A DNA stretch of 57,774 nucleotides, the filler included, from Candidatus Desantisbacteria bacterium CG1_02_49_89 (GTDB lineage: Bacteria; Desantisbacteria; UBA1551): assembly GCA_001871075.1 (NCBI GenBank). It is 4 parts of 4 records of this genome, joined end to end, with 100 filler letters (N's around TTAATTAATTAA, not from the genome) between each part and the next. Parts side by side here need not be neighbours in the genome. Positions count along the whole stretch, not along the records: positions 1 to 15,843 come from MNUP01000009.1; 3 more parts are not named here. One strand, written 5' to 3'. Every line of letters starts with the position of its first letter. Positions within the stretch are counted from its first letter, which is position 1. Below, piece by piece: positions 1 to 8,780 of this stretch. The translations under genes were made by a program, and so were the position numbers. The notes beneath the pieces were generated by a model, which made no database searches, was not told the DNA's origin, and was given only the letters and a program-made list of their open reading frames with translations.

Positions 1-252
1 ACCGCATGGATACTGCGGCATTACGACTACCCTGTCGCCAGGCTTTACAGTTCCCTGCTGGTCAATTGCGGTAACTTCGCCTGCCGCCTCGTGGCCCAGG
101 CAGTCGGTTTTCCACCCGTTCTTGTACGCCTTGTATTCCGTGCACATCGGCGCAATAATGATCTTTACCAGGACCTGTTCTCCTTTAGGTTTCGGGTCAG
201 GCCTGTCCACCAGGCGCACTTCTTTCTCACCGGTAATTTCCACCGCTTTCAC
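1..252 (-). CDS. Zn-dependent alcohol/polyol dehydrogenase (MDR family), N-terminal part; runs off the window
   Basis: Not in the ORF track. Manual translation from GTG at 250-252 (GGAGG RBS at 258-262): MKAVEITGEKEVRLVDRPDPKPKGEQVLVKIIIAPMCTEY...LGHEAAGEV...VKPGDRVVVMPQYPCG, which contains the GHE..G.V and GDRV MDR motifs. Confidence 0.88.
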   Translation of the reverse strand, partial: MKAVEITGEKEVRLVDRPDPKPKGEQVLVKIIIAPMCTEYKAYKNGWKTDCLGHEAAGEVTAIDQQGTVKPGDRVVVMPQYPCG

Positions 253-355
253 TACAACCTCCTTAAACCACAGAGAACTCAGAGTTACTCTTGGTTACAA
301 GATAAAATATTTAACCACACGATTACACACGATTTCCACTAGAAAGTCATTGCGA

Positions 356-428
356 TCGTAGAGCCATCTGCTCAGTTCTGGCTCGAAGACCCCTGTGTTA
401 AGTTCCAGTTTTATCGGAACTACAGGGG
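356..428 (+). repeat. Double-hairpin element family B, copy 1 (73 nt)
   Basis: TCGTA-GAGCCA/TGGCTC-GAAGA-CCCCTG-N5-AGTTCC/GGAACT-ACAGGGG. Confidence 0.85.
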
Positions 429-450
429 GAAGAATTTTGAGGTGACGAAG

Positions 451-472
451 TCCCAAAGGGATCCCTTCGGGA
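451..472 (+). repeat. Minimal double hairpin TCCCAAAGGGA-TCCCTTCGGGA (family C)
   Basis: A second copy lies at 4715-4736; this one splits the GAAG|CAATCC motif. Confidence 0.85.
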
Positions 473-484
473 CAATCCGATGAA

Positions 485-545
485 GTCGTTGCGAGCGATA
501 GCGAAGCAATCTCGTATTGGATTGCTTCACTTCGTTCGCAATGAC
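485..545. repeat. GTC(A/G)TTGCG...GAAGCAATC / GATTGC...CGCAATGAC palindromic element
   Basis: Related copies at 346-478 (interrupted), 3547-3659, 11280-11344 and 43685-43712 (half). Confidence 0.85.
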
Positions 546-595
546 ATATTGTGTGAAAATCCCGTTTTTCTCTGTGACCCCTGTGGTTAATTTTA

Positions 596-1657
596 TTAGC
601 AGGGAGTGAAATCCATCTTCTTATTGACTCGTAAAATGAACTCGCTGATCAGCTTCGTGATGTTATCCAGGTCGGTTGTGCTCACAAGTTCCACAGGCGA
701 GTGCATGTACCTGTTCGGTATGCTTATCAGCCCTGTCGCAACCCCCGACTTCGTGAGTTGTATTATGCGCGCATCCGTTCCGGTAGGGCCTGATATACCC
801 TCCACCTGGTATTTTATCTTCTTCTCCCTGGCAATCTTGACGAACAGGTCAAAGACCTTCGCGTTTATATTCGGGCCCCTTGCGATAACAGGCCCGCCGC
901 CGATCTTTATATCCCCTATTTTCTTCTTATCCGCGCCGGGCATGTCCATCGCGAAGGTTACGTCTATGGCAATGCCTATGTCAGGGCTTATTCCGTACGC
1001 GCTTGTCTGAGCTCCCCTTGTGCCAAGCTCCTCCTGCACGGTGGCAACCCCGTAAACAGCCGCCTGCGGCTTTTTCTTCGAAAGGACCCTGAGCACCTCG
1101 CTCACTATGAACGCGCCTATGCGGTCATCGAATCCCCTTGCTACTATTCTGTCCCCCCTTAGCTCCTCAAATCCGACTGCCGGGACCGCCGGGTCGCCGA
1201 CCTCTACAAGCGATTTGGCTTCTTTTTCGTTCTTCGCGCCTATGTCGATCCAGACATTGTCAGGGCTGATGATCTTATTGACTTCGTCCCCTTCCTGCAG
1301 ATGCCTGGGCTTTCTTCCGGTGACCCCGTGGATCTTCCCTTTCCTGGTCTTTATCAGCACCCTCTGGCCCGGTACAAGATGGTAGTCTATCCCGCCTATG
1401 GGAGAGAAATAGATAAAACCTTCCTTGTCTATGAACTTTACCATATACCCGATCTCGTCGATATGGCCGGCGAGCATTACCCTGGGGCTTCCGTTCTTGT
1501 TCAGGACCCCGGCAGTATTGCCGTGCACGTCCGTCTTCACTTCGTCGGCAAAAACCTTTGTCCGCTCCTTCCATATCCTGGCTGAATCTTCCTCGTACCC
1601 GGACGGGCTCATGCTGTCCATAAACCTTTTAAGAAACTCTTTCGGCTCCTTTTCCAT
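596..1657 (-). CDS. M42 family metallopeptidase (TET-like aminopeptidase)
   Basis: SPSGYE, AGHIDEIG, IDIGA, FDDRIG, QEELG, DVT and RYMHSPVE motifs. Start moved to MEKEPK after a GGAGG RBS. Confidence 0.93.
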   Translation of the reverse strand: MEKEPKEFLKRFMDSMSPSGYEEDSARIWKERTKVFADEVKTDVHGNTAGVLNKNGSPRVMLAGHIDEIGYMVKFIDKEGFIYFSPIGGIDYHLVPGQRVLIKTRKGKIHGVTGRKPRHLQEGDEVNKIISPDNVWIDIGAKNEKEAKSLVEVGDPAVPAVGFEELRGDRIVARGFDDRIGAFIVSEVLRVLSKKKPQAAVYGVATVQEELGTRGAQTSAYGISPDIGIAIDVTFAMDMPGADKKKIGDIKIGGGPVIARGPNINAKVFDLFVKIAREKKIKYQVEGISGPTGTDARIIQLTKSGVATGLISIPNRYMHSPVELVSTTDLDNITKLISEFILRVNKKMDFTPC

Positions 1658-1753
1658 TATTCCTCCTCGTTCATCGTGCATCGTCCGTCGTTCATCGCAG
1701 TTTCAATAAAAATAAATTCCTTGCAGTTACGCTGACACGTTGACGCGCTTTTG

Positions 1754-3454
1754 CTATTTGCCGGAATATATCTTATCGTACAGCTTGCTGATCAAAGGCG
1801 AGCGCGCGTCCACTCTTTTCATGGCGTCCATGCAGTTCAGGGCTCTTGTTTTGTCTCCCTGTTTCAGGTAAAGCAATCCTGCCTGAAAATAGTTGTCGCA
1901 GGCAACGGACGCCATCTTGCTTTTTTCATAAACAACCCCCAGGTTAAAGCAAGCGTTGGCAAACTCAGGATTGATCCGCAGCGCCGCGTTGTAATCATCA
2001 ACCGCGTTTTTATTCTGGCCTTGAGCTTTATAAGTGTTGCCCCTGTTGTAATAAGCGTCCGCGTATTGAGGTTTCACTTCAACGGCTTTTGAAAACTCCC
2101 TGATCGCGCTGTTGTAGTCTCCCTGGTAATAATATGAATTCCCTTTATCCAGGTAGATATTTGCGTTGTTGGGGTTCAGCTCTATCGCCTTGTTGAAATC
2201 GTTTATAGCGTCGCTGTATCTCTTGAGCTGGTTTTTAACAATACCGCGGTTATAAAAACCAAGGTAATTCTTGGGATCAAACGCTATTGCCTTTGAAAAA
2301 TCATTTACCGCGCTTTCCATATTGCCCAGCAGTATGTACGTATGGCCGCGGTATATGAAAGCAGTACTGTATTTCGGATTAACTTCAATTGCCTTGGTGA
2401 AATCATTCAGCGCGTCTTTATAGAGACGCAGGCGCAGGTAGGTATAACCGCGCATATTATAAAAATAGTCTGTCTTGGGGCTGAGCTCAATTGCCTTCCC
2501 AAAATCTTTTTCTGCCCTCATGTAATCATCCCGGTTAAAATATTCCCTGCCGCGGTTATAATAGGAAAGCGAATCTCCGGGATCTTTCTCTATTGCTTTT
2601 GTGTAATGTTCCATCCTTACTTTCTTGCCGTCTTCTTTGTCGCCGATAATGATGTTCAGGGTCCTTTCGTAGCCATAATGGATCACCCTGGCTTCCACCT
2701 TCTCTCCGGGTGTTTTCATCTCCACCGCGCTGACAAGTTCCGGGTAGCTGGCGATCGGCCTGCCTCCGAATCCAATAACCACGTCGTTCGGTTCCAGCCC
2801 TGCTTTTTCCGCGGGGCTTGATGAAAATACTTCCAGGATTAACGCCCCGGTCTTGCCCGGCAGGTTCAGCTGCTTTACGGTCTTATCGTCTATGCTACCC
2901 ATCGATACACCCAGCCATCCCTCTTTCTTCTGCGATCCTGCTGTTTGGGCAATCCCTGACCTGTCATAACCGGCTTTAAGGCCGGCTATTCTGTTCACCG
3001 CGGCCTTGATAGATCCCAGCAGTCCTTCTTCCTTGCAATCGGCGCATTCCTCTGTCTCGGCTTTTTCTATTTTTCCCGACTGCACATCTACTATTTTCAG
3101 GTTTACGAGGTAAATGTCCCCGACTTTTCCCACAGAGCCTGTGAACATCTTCTGCACGCCCAGCAGCTTGCCTATCTCAACGATCTTTGCCTGGTCCACT
3201 GCGCCCGAAAGCTGGAACTGCTGCTCCTTGAGGACGGACTCCATGTTCTCGCGCGTTATGATCGCGAACTTATCAGTGTTCACAAGCTGTATACGCAGGT
3301 AGTCTGATATCGTTGAAGCCACTCCCTGAGAGATCCCTTCTTTCGCTTCCAGGTCAAGCACAGCGGCGGCTGTCTTCTGCTCTTCCGCGTTCACTGCCCA
3401 CACCCCGCCTGCCAGCCACAGCACCAGAAACAATGGAATAAAAAATTTCTTCAT
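1754..3454 (-). CDS. Secreted CsgG/TolB-N-like + PDZ + TPR-repeat protein
   Basis: Signal peptide; AVLDL...IITRENMESVLKEQ...EIGKLLGV (CsgG-like); GWLGV...SPAEKAGL..NDVV (PDZ); about 8 TPRs of the YYNRG...A..DF.KAIEL type. Confidence 0.85.
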   Translation of the reverse strand: MKKFFIPLFLVLWLAGGVWAVNAEEQKTAAAVLDLEAKEGISQGVASTISDYLRIQLVNTDKFAIITRENMESVLKEQQFQLSGAVDQAKIVEIGKLLGVQKMFTGSVGKVGDIYLVNLKIVDVQSGKIEKAETEECADCKEEGLLGSIKAAVNRIAGLKAGYDRSGIAQTAGSQKKEGWLGVSMGSIDDKTVKQLNLPGKTGALILEVFSSSPAEKAGLEPNDVVIGFGGRPIASYPELVSAVEMKTPGEKVEARVIHYGYERTLNIIIGDKEDGKKVRMEHYTKAIEKDPGDSLSYYNRGREYFNRDDYMRAEKDFGKAIELSPKTDYFYNMRGYTYLRLRLYKDALNDFTKAIEVNPKYSTAFIYRGHTYILLGNMESAVNDFSKAIAFDPKNYLGFYNRGIVKNQLKRYSDAINDFNKAIELNPNNANIYLDKGNSYYYQGDYNSAIREFSKAVEVKPQYADAYYNRGNTYKAQGQNKNAVDDYNAALRINPEFANACFNLGVVYEKSKMASVACDNYFQAGLLYLKQGDKTRALNCMDAMKRVDARSPLISKLYDKIYSGK

Positions 3455-3680
3455 AGATCATCCTTTTGCCATTAAGGCAATATTAACCACGTTAACCACA
3501 CGATTCCACTTTAACCATACGATTACACTAGATTTCCACCAGAAATGTCATTGCGAGGAATGAAATGACGAAGCAATCCAAGAGATTGCCGCGGGCTTTG
3601 CCTGCAGGCTTTGCCTGCACAACGACTTCGTCGGATTGCTTCACTTCGTTCGCAATGACAAGAAAAGTGAGATCGCGTGG

Positions 3681-4664
3681 TTAAAGTGTTATTATTTTAT
3701 TTTCGCGGATCGATCTTTTTACCGCAAGGCATATTTTCACGGATTCCACCCCGTCCTCTCCGGACGCAAGCGGCTTTTTGTCATTTATAACGCAGTCGAT
3801 GAAATGCGCGATCTCCTCTTTGAACCCGTCCGGCTTCGCGAAATTCTCGGTGTAAACCTTGTCGGGCTGAGAGCGGTAAATATATTGCAGGTTCCCGGGC
3901 TGGTCAAAATTTCCCTTTACCTCACACACCGCTTTCGCAGTCGTAAAACTCACTTCTTCTTTTGCGAACGCCCATTCAGAGCCGTATCCTGCTCCCACAC
4001 CCGCCATCCCGCCTTCTTTAAAAGATAAAGTAAAAATTCCGGTATCTATCTGTGGAGATCTGTGTCTCATAAAATAATTTCCGCCTTCAGCGTGGACCCG
4101 TTTCACGTCTCCCATAAAATACCGCAACAGATCAATTACGTGGACCGTGTTCTCGGTTATCGGGCCGCCGCCGTCCTGCTCATCCCAGAACCAGTCCATG
4201 TCCACCCTTCCGAGCGCGAATTTCACAAGAGCCCAGACAGGCCTTCCGAGATCCTCATCGCATTTTTTCTTTAGAAAGGCGTAAGCGGGCGCGAGCCTTT
4301 TTTTGAATCCTATCATAAGCTTCACCCTGTGCTTGCCGCAGGTGTCAACCATCTTTTTGGCGTCGTTAACGCTGGTGGACATCGGCTTTTCGCACATCAC
4401 ATGGACCTTTCTTTCAGCTGCCATCTGCGTAAGCTGCAAATGGGACCTCGGCGGCGTACAGATGCTTACCGCGTCCAGCTTCTCGCTCTTGAACATTTCT
4501 TCCGCGCTTGTATACGGCTTTGCCCTGTATTTTTCGCTGGCCGCTTTCAGCCTTTCGGGATTCATGTCCGCGGCAGCGGTTATTTCCACTTCGGGAACAG
4601 CCGCGTATTCTTCAAGATGCCTCATCCCTATCCCAAGCCCGATCACGCCCACCTTCAACTGCAT
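3681..4664 (-). CDS. Gfo/Idh/MocA family oxidoreductase
   Basis: VGVIGLG, DAVSICTP..H, VMCEKP, GGG.I....H.IDL motifs; AAAGGAG RBS before MQLKV. Confidence 0.92.
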   Translation of the reverse strand: MQLKVGVIGLGIGMRHLEEYAAVPEVEITAAADMNPERLKAASEKYRAKPYTSAEEMFKSEKLDAVSICTPPRSHLQLTQMAAERKVHVMCEKPMSTSVNDAKKMVDTCGKHRVKLMIGFKKRLAPAYAFLKKKCDEDLGRPVWALVKFALGRVDMDWFWDEQDGGGPITENTVHVIDLLRYFMGDVKRVHAEGGNYFMRHRSPQIDTGIFTLSFKEGGMAGVGAGYGSEWAFAKEEVSFTTAKAVCEVKGNFDQPGNLQYIYRSQPDKVYTENFAKPDGFKEEIAHFIDCVINDKKPLASGEDGVESVKICLAVKRSIRENKIITL

Positions 4665-4773
4665 AAGATCTCCTTTAACCACGGATTAACACGGATTCTC
4701 TCGGATTTAGCTTTTCCCAAAGGGATCCCTTTGGGACAACTTTCAACCTTCAACCTTTAACCTTTAACTTTGT

Positions 4774-5475
4774 TTAACACTGGCCGTAATATGCAGACTT
4801 GCCATGCTTCCGCAGGAAATGCTTGTCCAGCAAAGCGCGCCCGATGGACCTGGTCCCTGAATTTATTTCCAGCGTGAAATACGCCATTTTCGCGATCTCT
4901 TCAAGCATTATGCTGTTGTAAACAGCGCCTTCAGGGGTTTTCCCCCACGCGAATGGGCCATGCGAAGCCACGATGACCATTTCAGTGATTTCAGGAGACA
5001 GGCGCATTTTTTTGAAAGTTTTTACTATCTGTATCCCTGTCTCTTTCTCGTAATCCGACTTTATCTGCTTCGCGCTCAGGTTAAAAGTGCAGGGAATGCT
5101 GCCGCGCACATAATCAGCATGTGTTGTTCCAAAACAGGGAATTGGTTTTTTCGCCTGCGCCCAAGCAGTCGCATACGCTGAATGTGTGTGCACCACCCCG
5201 CCAATATCCGGGAAGCTTTTATATAAGACAACGTGGCTTCTCGTGTCCGAAGAAGGCTTGAATCTGCTGTCCACGGTCTTGTTGTCCAGGTCAACAAGCA
5301 CTATTTTTTCCGGAGTGAGCTCTGAATAAGGGACACCGCTTGGCTTTATGGCGACAAGACCGCGTTTCCTGTCTATGCCGCTTGCGTTGCCGAACGTGCG
5401 GACCACAAGCCCGCTCTTCCACAGCTCCATATTGCATTTCCATACGATCTTCTTCAATTCCTTCAAAGACGCCAT
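4774..5475 (-). CDS. araD: L-ribulose-5-phosphate 4-epimerase (class II aldolase fold)
   Basis: FGNAS, IKPSGV.Y, KPSSDT..H, GGVVHTHS..ATAWAQ, GTTHADY and C-terminal LLDKHFLRKHG..AYYGQ; start at MASLK. Confidence 0.93.
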   Translation of the reverse strand: MASLKELKKIVWKCNMELWKSGLVVRTFGNASGIDRKRGLVAIKPSGVPYSELTPEKIVLVDLDNKTVDSRFKPSSDTRSHVVLYKSFPDIGGVVHTHSAYATAWAQAKKPIPCFGTTHADYVRGSIPCTFNLSAKQIKSDYEKETGIQIVKTFKKMRLSPEITEMVIVASHGPFAWGKTPEGAVYNSIMLEEIAKMAYFTLEINSGTRSIGRALLDKHFLRKHGKSAYYGQC

Positions 5476-5665
5476 GCAATGCTCCTTTTGCAACCACAGA
5501 TTAACACAGGTTAACACCGTAAATGCATTAATATTTTGCAGGGATTCAGAGAGATTTAAAAATAATAGAAATTAAAGTGGTTTGAATCCCGTTAAATCCC
5601 TGTTAAAAATAAGATTTATTTTGCCGCGTTAAACCTGTGTTCACCTGTGTTCACCTGTGGTTAAA

Positions 5666-6676
5666 TTATTTTCGGGCTTCGTCGATCATTGCGGCAATGT
5701 TCTCTTCCGGCACGTCTGCCTGTATGGTTATTCCCGGCTCAAGTATGTACCCGCCGCCTTTTCCCATTTTATCCTTGAGCATCCGCACTTCTTTCTTTAT
5801 TTCTTCGGGCGTGCCGCGCGGAAGCAGGTCCTGGGTGCGCAGCCCTCCGCAGAACGCCAGGTCTTTACCGAATTCTTTTTTAAGCGCGAAGATATCCATT
5901 GCCTCAGGCTGTATGGGATGGAGTATATCCAGCCCAATCTCGATCAGGTCCGGGATTATTTCAACGATATTGCCGCACGAATGATGGAACACGACGCGGT
6001 TGTTCGCGCGCGCAAGGCCGTATATCTCCTTTAAAAGCGGCTTGACGAACTGCCTCCAGTCAGCAGGGTTCATCACAAGCTGTTTCTGGTTACCGTAGTC
6101 GTCGCTGAGCGCCACCCCGTCAAACCGAAGGACCTGCTGGAAAAGGATCTTCATCGTGCCCAGGATAAAATTACTTATACCGCAGAGGAGTTCCTTCACA
6201 AACTCAGGGTTGAGCTTTATATCCATAAGCAGGTTTTCCATCCCCCGCATGAACGTCGCACGCTCCCACAGGTCCCCTATCCAGATTATCCGGAAGCTGT
6301 CCCCCTGCCTTTTGCACCACTCTCCTATCTCATCAAAACGGCAGGGCTGGTCCGGAAAAGGGAACCTGTATCCTGAAAGGTCAGGCTCTGCCAGGCAGGG
6401 CTTAATCGGAGAGCCGCGGTCAATGGCGCTTGTGCTCCATATCACGCCGAACTCGTCCTGTATCTGCTCCCCGTATTTTTCAGGCGGGGCGTAAAGCGGC
6501 TTAATGCTCCTGGGGCTGGTCATCCTTACGGGGAAGTCAAGCTCTCTTTCTATGCTCTTGATCTTGTAATGGCTTTCAACCAGCCTGCGCGCGGGCGGGG
6601 AAAACATGAAATTATACGGGGTCTTTCCCGTATCCTTATGCTCTATAATTTGTTTGATCCATTCTCTATTATTCAT
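5666..6676 (-). CDS. Uroporphyrinogen decarboxylase / MtaA-CmuA methyltransferase-like protein (paralog 1)
   Basis: DEFGV.W, RGMENLLMD, SDDYG.Q, HHSCGN, G.D.L.PIQ and GGYI...DVP.ENI motifs. Confidence 0.85.
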   Translation of the reverse strand: MNNREWIKQIIEHKDTGKTPYNFMFSPPARRLVESHYKIKSIERELDFPVRMTSPRSIKPLYAPPEKYGEQIQDEFGVIWSTSAIDRGSPIKPCLAEPDLSGYRFPFPDQPCRFDEIGEWCKRQGDSFRIIWIGDLWERATFMRGMENLLMDIKLNPEFVKELLCGISNFILGTMKILFQQVLRFDGVALSDDYGNQKQLVMNPADWRQFVKPLLKEIYGLARANNRVVFHHSCGNIVEIIPDLIEIGLDILHPIQPEAMDIFALKKEFGKDLAFCGGLRTQDLLPRGTPEEIKKEVRMLKDKMGKGGGYILEPGITIQADVPEENIAAMIDEARK

Positions 6677-6757
6677 TTTTAATAGGGACAGGCACCAATT
6701 TTTAAATCCTTATTTTAAATGATTTTTAAAGCTACTTTTCAAATTTTTGAATTTCGT

Positions 6758-6793
6758 CTAATCGCCAACCTAATCGCCAACCTAATCGCCAAC
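6758..6793. repeat. Perfect 12-bp tandem repeat (CTAATCGCCAAC)x3
   Basis: Read directly; lies just downstream of the fic stop codon. Confidence 0.95.
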
Positions 6794-6794
6794 C

Positions 6795-7844
6795 TTATTT
6801 TAAGATGTAATGCAGGGACCGGCCCTTGCCTTTGCTTTTAATTACATCGAGTTTAACCAACTTCTTTATTTCTTTAAGCGCGCCTTCATCTGAAAGCTTA
6901 AACATTTCCCTGACATCCCTGTTGGTTATCCCTTTATTTTTATTAGCGTATTCCACGATCTGCATCTGCCGCGGGGTAAGCGCGATCTGGGCGCTCTTTC
7001 TGGTCCTGATCCCCAGTTTCAAGATCGCCTCTTTTACTTTCTTCATTGAAGATACCACGCCGTCTGTGAAATATTCCAGCCATTTTGTCAGATCTCGCGT
7101 TTCCTTGTCCACGGTTTTCAGCGCGTTATAATATGATTGCCGGTCCTTGTCATAAAAATCATCAAGTGCGAATATCCGCCTGTGGTCAAAACCGCTTAAA
7201 TAAAGGACAAGCGTCGCAAGCAGCCTGGCTGTCCTGCCGTTCCCGTCTATGAAAGGATGGATCCTTGCTATCTCATAATGAACAATTCCCGCAAGCAGGA
7301 CAGGGTTCATCTCAAACGTATCTTCCAGATTAAGCCATTCAATAAACTCATTTACCAAAACCGGGACTTCTTCTGTTTTGGGCGGCATATACGTAATCTC
7401 TTCTTTGAATCCGGTCCCGTTAAAAACCCTCCTTCCCACAAAAACCTGCCTGTTCCTGAATGCGCCGCAGTCAGAATCATTGTTAAGCGTGCCTTTCGTG
7501 ACCATTTTGTGGATATTGAGCAGATCCCGGATCGTGAATTTTCCCTTTTCCGCGAGGACGGGGATTTTTTCCAGGGCTTCAAGATAGTTCAGGACCTCCT
7601 GCTTGTCTTTTTCTTCCGCAATGACATTTTTCCCCTCTGCCAGGTCCTCCACCTGTTTGAGATCCAGCCTGTTCCCCTCAATGGCGGTGGATGAATGCGA
7701 ATTGCTAAGGATTGCCTGGCGCCTCAGCTTCGCCTCCCATTGAGGCACCAGATGCGACTGCTCAATGACCTCGCGCGCGGAGGTAATTGCCGTAAGATTG
7801 TTTAGGATTTTATCAGTTATCGTGTATTTCGGATTAAATAGCAT
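6795..7844 (-). CDS. Fic family AMPylase with C-terminal winged HTH
   Basis: Canonical HPFIDGNGRTAR motif, N-terminal autoinhibitory SSTAIEGN, C-terminal LTPRQ...ITNRDV...GKGRS..Y wHTH. Confidence 0.93.
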   Translation of the reverse strand: MLFNPKYTITDKILNNLTAITSAREVIEQSHLVPQWEAKLRRQAILSNSHSSTAIEGNRLDLKQVEDLAEGKNVIAEEKDKQEVLNYLEALEKIPVLAEKGKFTIRDLLNIHKMVTKGTLNNDSDCGAFRNRQVFVGRRVFNGTGFKEEITYMPPKTEEVPVLVNEFIEWLNLEDTFEMNPVLLAGIVHYEIARIHPFIDGNGRTARLLATLVLYLSGFDHRRIFALDDFYDKDRQSYYNALKTVDKETRDLTKWLEYFTDGVVSSMKKVKEAILKLGIRTRKSAQIALTPRQMQIVEYANKNKGITNRDVREMFKLSDEGALKEIKKLVKLDVIKSKGKGRSLHYILK

Positions 7845-8287
7845 TATACCCCCATACTAAATTTATCAGGCTGCCAGCCGCCGCATGTTTCGAATATCTT
7901 GTGGCCTATAAACGGAATAAAGCACTGAATAATGGTATTTGCGTCTAAGTTTCCTTGTTTCACCTTTCGATGAAGAGCGCGGTTAATTGTGCCAAGCGCA
8001 AGATAATCATTGCCGAGTATATCGGGATAATGTTTCTCGCATATATCAGCCAGATAGTTTTCCAGCTCTGTTTTTTTCACAATTATAAGACCGCAGTCTG
8101 CGCAGAACCTGCATGATTTGTTAAATGAGAAAAGATTTTTTGGATCTACGTGGATGATTAGACAAAACATCCGCTCTTTAGTTGTCTTCCTGTTGCATTG
8201 CGGGCAGCGGGTGAAAGCAATGTCATCATACTTATTTAAAAAGAAATAGTATCTATGTTCTCGATTGCCTGCCCATCCTTTTGTCAT
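7844..8287 (-). CDS. Hypothetical protein with two CxxC pairs (putative Zn-binding)
   Basis: RCPQC and FCADC motifs; abuts fic. The start could alternatively be the TTG at 8320, overlapping the upstream stop. Confidence 0.7.
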   Translation of the reverse strand: MTKGWAGNREHRYYFFLNKYDDIAFTRCPQCNRKTTKERMFCLIIHVDPKNLFSFNKSCRFCADCGLIIVKKTELENYLADICEKHYPDILGNDYLALGTINRALHRKVKQGNLDANTIIQCFIPFIGHKIFETCGGWQPDKFSMGV

Positions 8288-8316
8288 TTTTTTCCTTTTC
8301 TGAACAGATTGCTGGT

Positions 8317-8769
8317 TCAATCGAATTTATCCACGGTTTCATCTTCTTCTGCTTCTTCTCTTGTTTCTTCTTCAAATCCTTTTATCCCAAGTGCGGCAAG
8401 AGATTCCGACGACCGTAAAATCATATTCCTGATAATATTCAAAAGCCCTGTTTTTGTTTTCTTCTTCAGGTTTTTGATTACATCATTAAAGTCAACGAAA
8501 GTTTCAGGGGCGATTTCATACGTTTTAGCAAGAGCAAACGCATGCTTGCACGGCCAATAATCAGACGGACAGGTGCAGGTTATTTTTTTGTTATCCTTCA
8601 TATCTATCTGCGTGCGGTAATCACCGTAATTTCCCTGAATTCTGCAACTGATGATCCTGCCGATTTTCAGTCGATGAGTAATGCGGGGAGAATTTACGTA
8701 TTCGGCTATGCGGTCAGCCATTGTGTTCTGTCTATCTTTCTTTGCATCTCTTCTTGCCTTTGTTTTCAT
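8317..8769 (-). CDS. SWIM zinc-finger protein
   Basis: CTCPSDYWPCKH matches CxC-xn-CxH, preceded by the I.G..G.Y segment typical of bacterial SWIM proteins; acidic tail. Confidence 0.85.
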   Translation of the reverse strand: MKTKARRDAKKDRQNTMADRIAEYVNSPRITHRLKIGRIISCRIQGNYGDYRTQIDMKDNKKITCTCPSDYWPCKHAFALAKTYEIAPETFVDFNDVIKNLKKKTKTGLLNIIRNMILRSSESLAALGIKGFEEETREEAEEDETVDKFD

Positions 8770-8780
8770 ATTTGCCTCTT

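Noticed and set aside
356-428. Family B elements as tRNAs (similar length)
   Set aside because: They have two hairpins rather than a cloverleaf, with no properly placed T-loop and no acceptor stem or CCA end.
5666-6676. Calling the UroD-like genes hemE
   Set aside because: They lack the N-terminal W.MRQAGR motif of true HemE and have no heme-pathway context.
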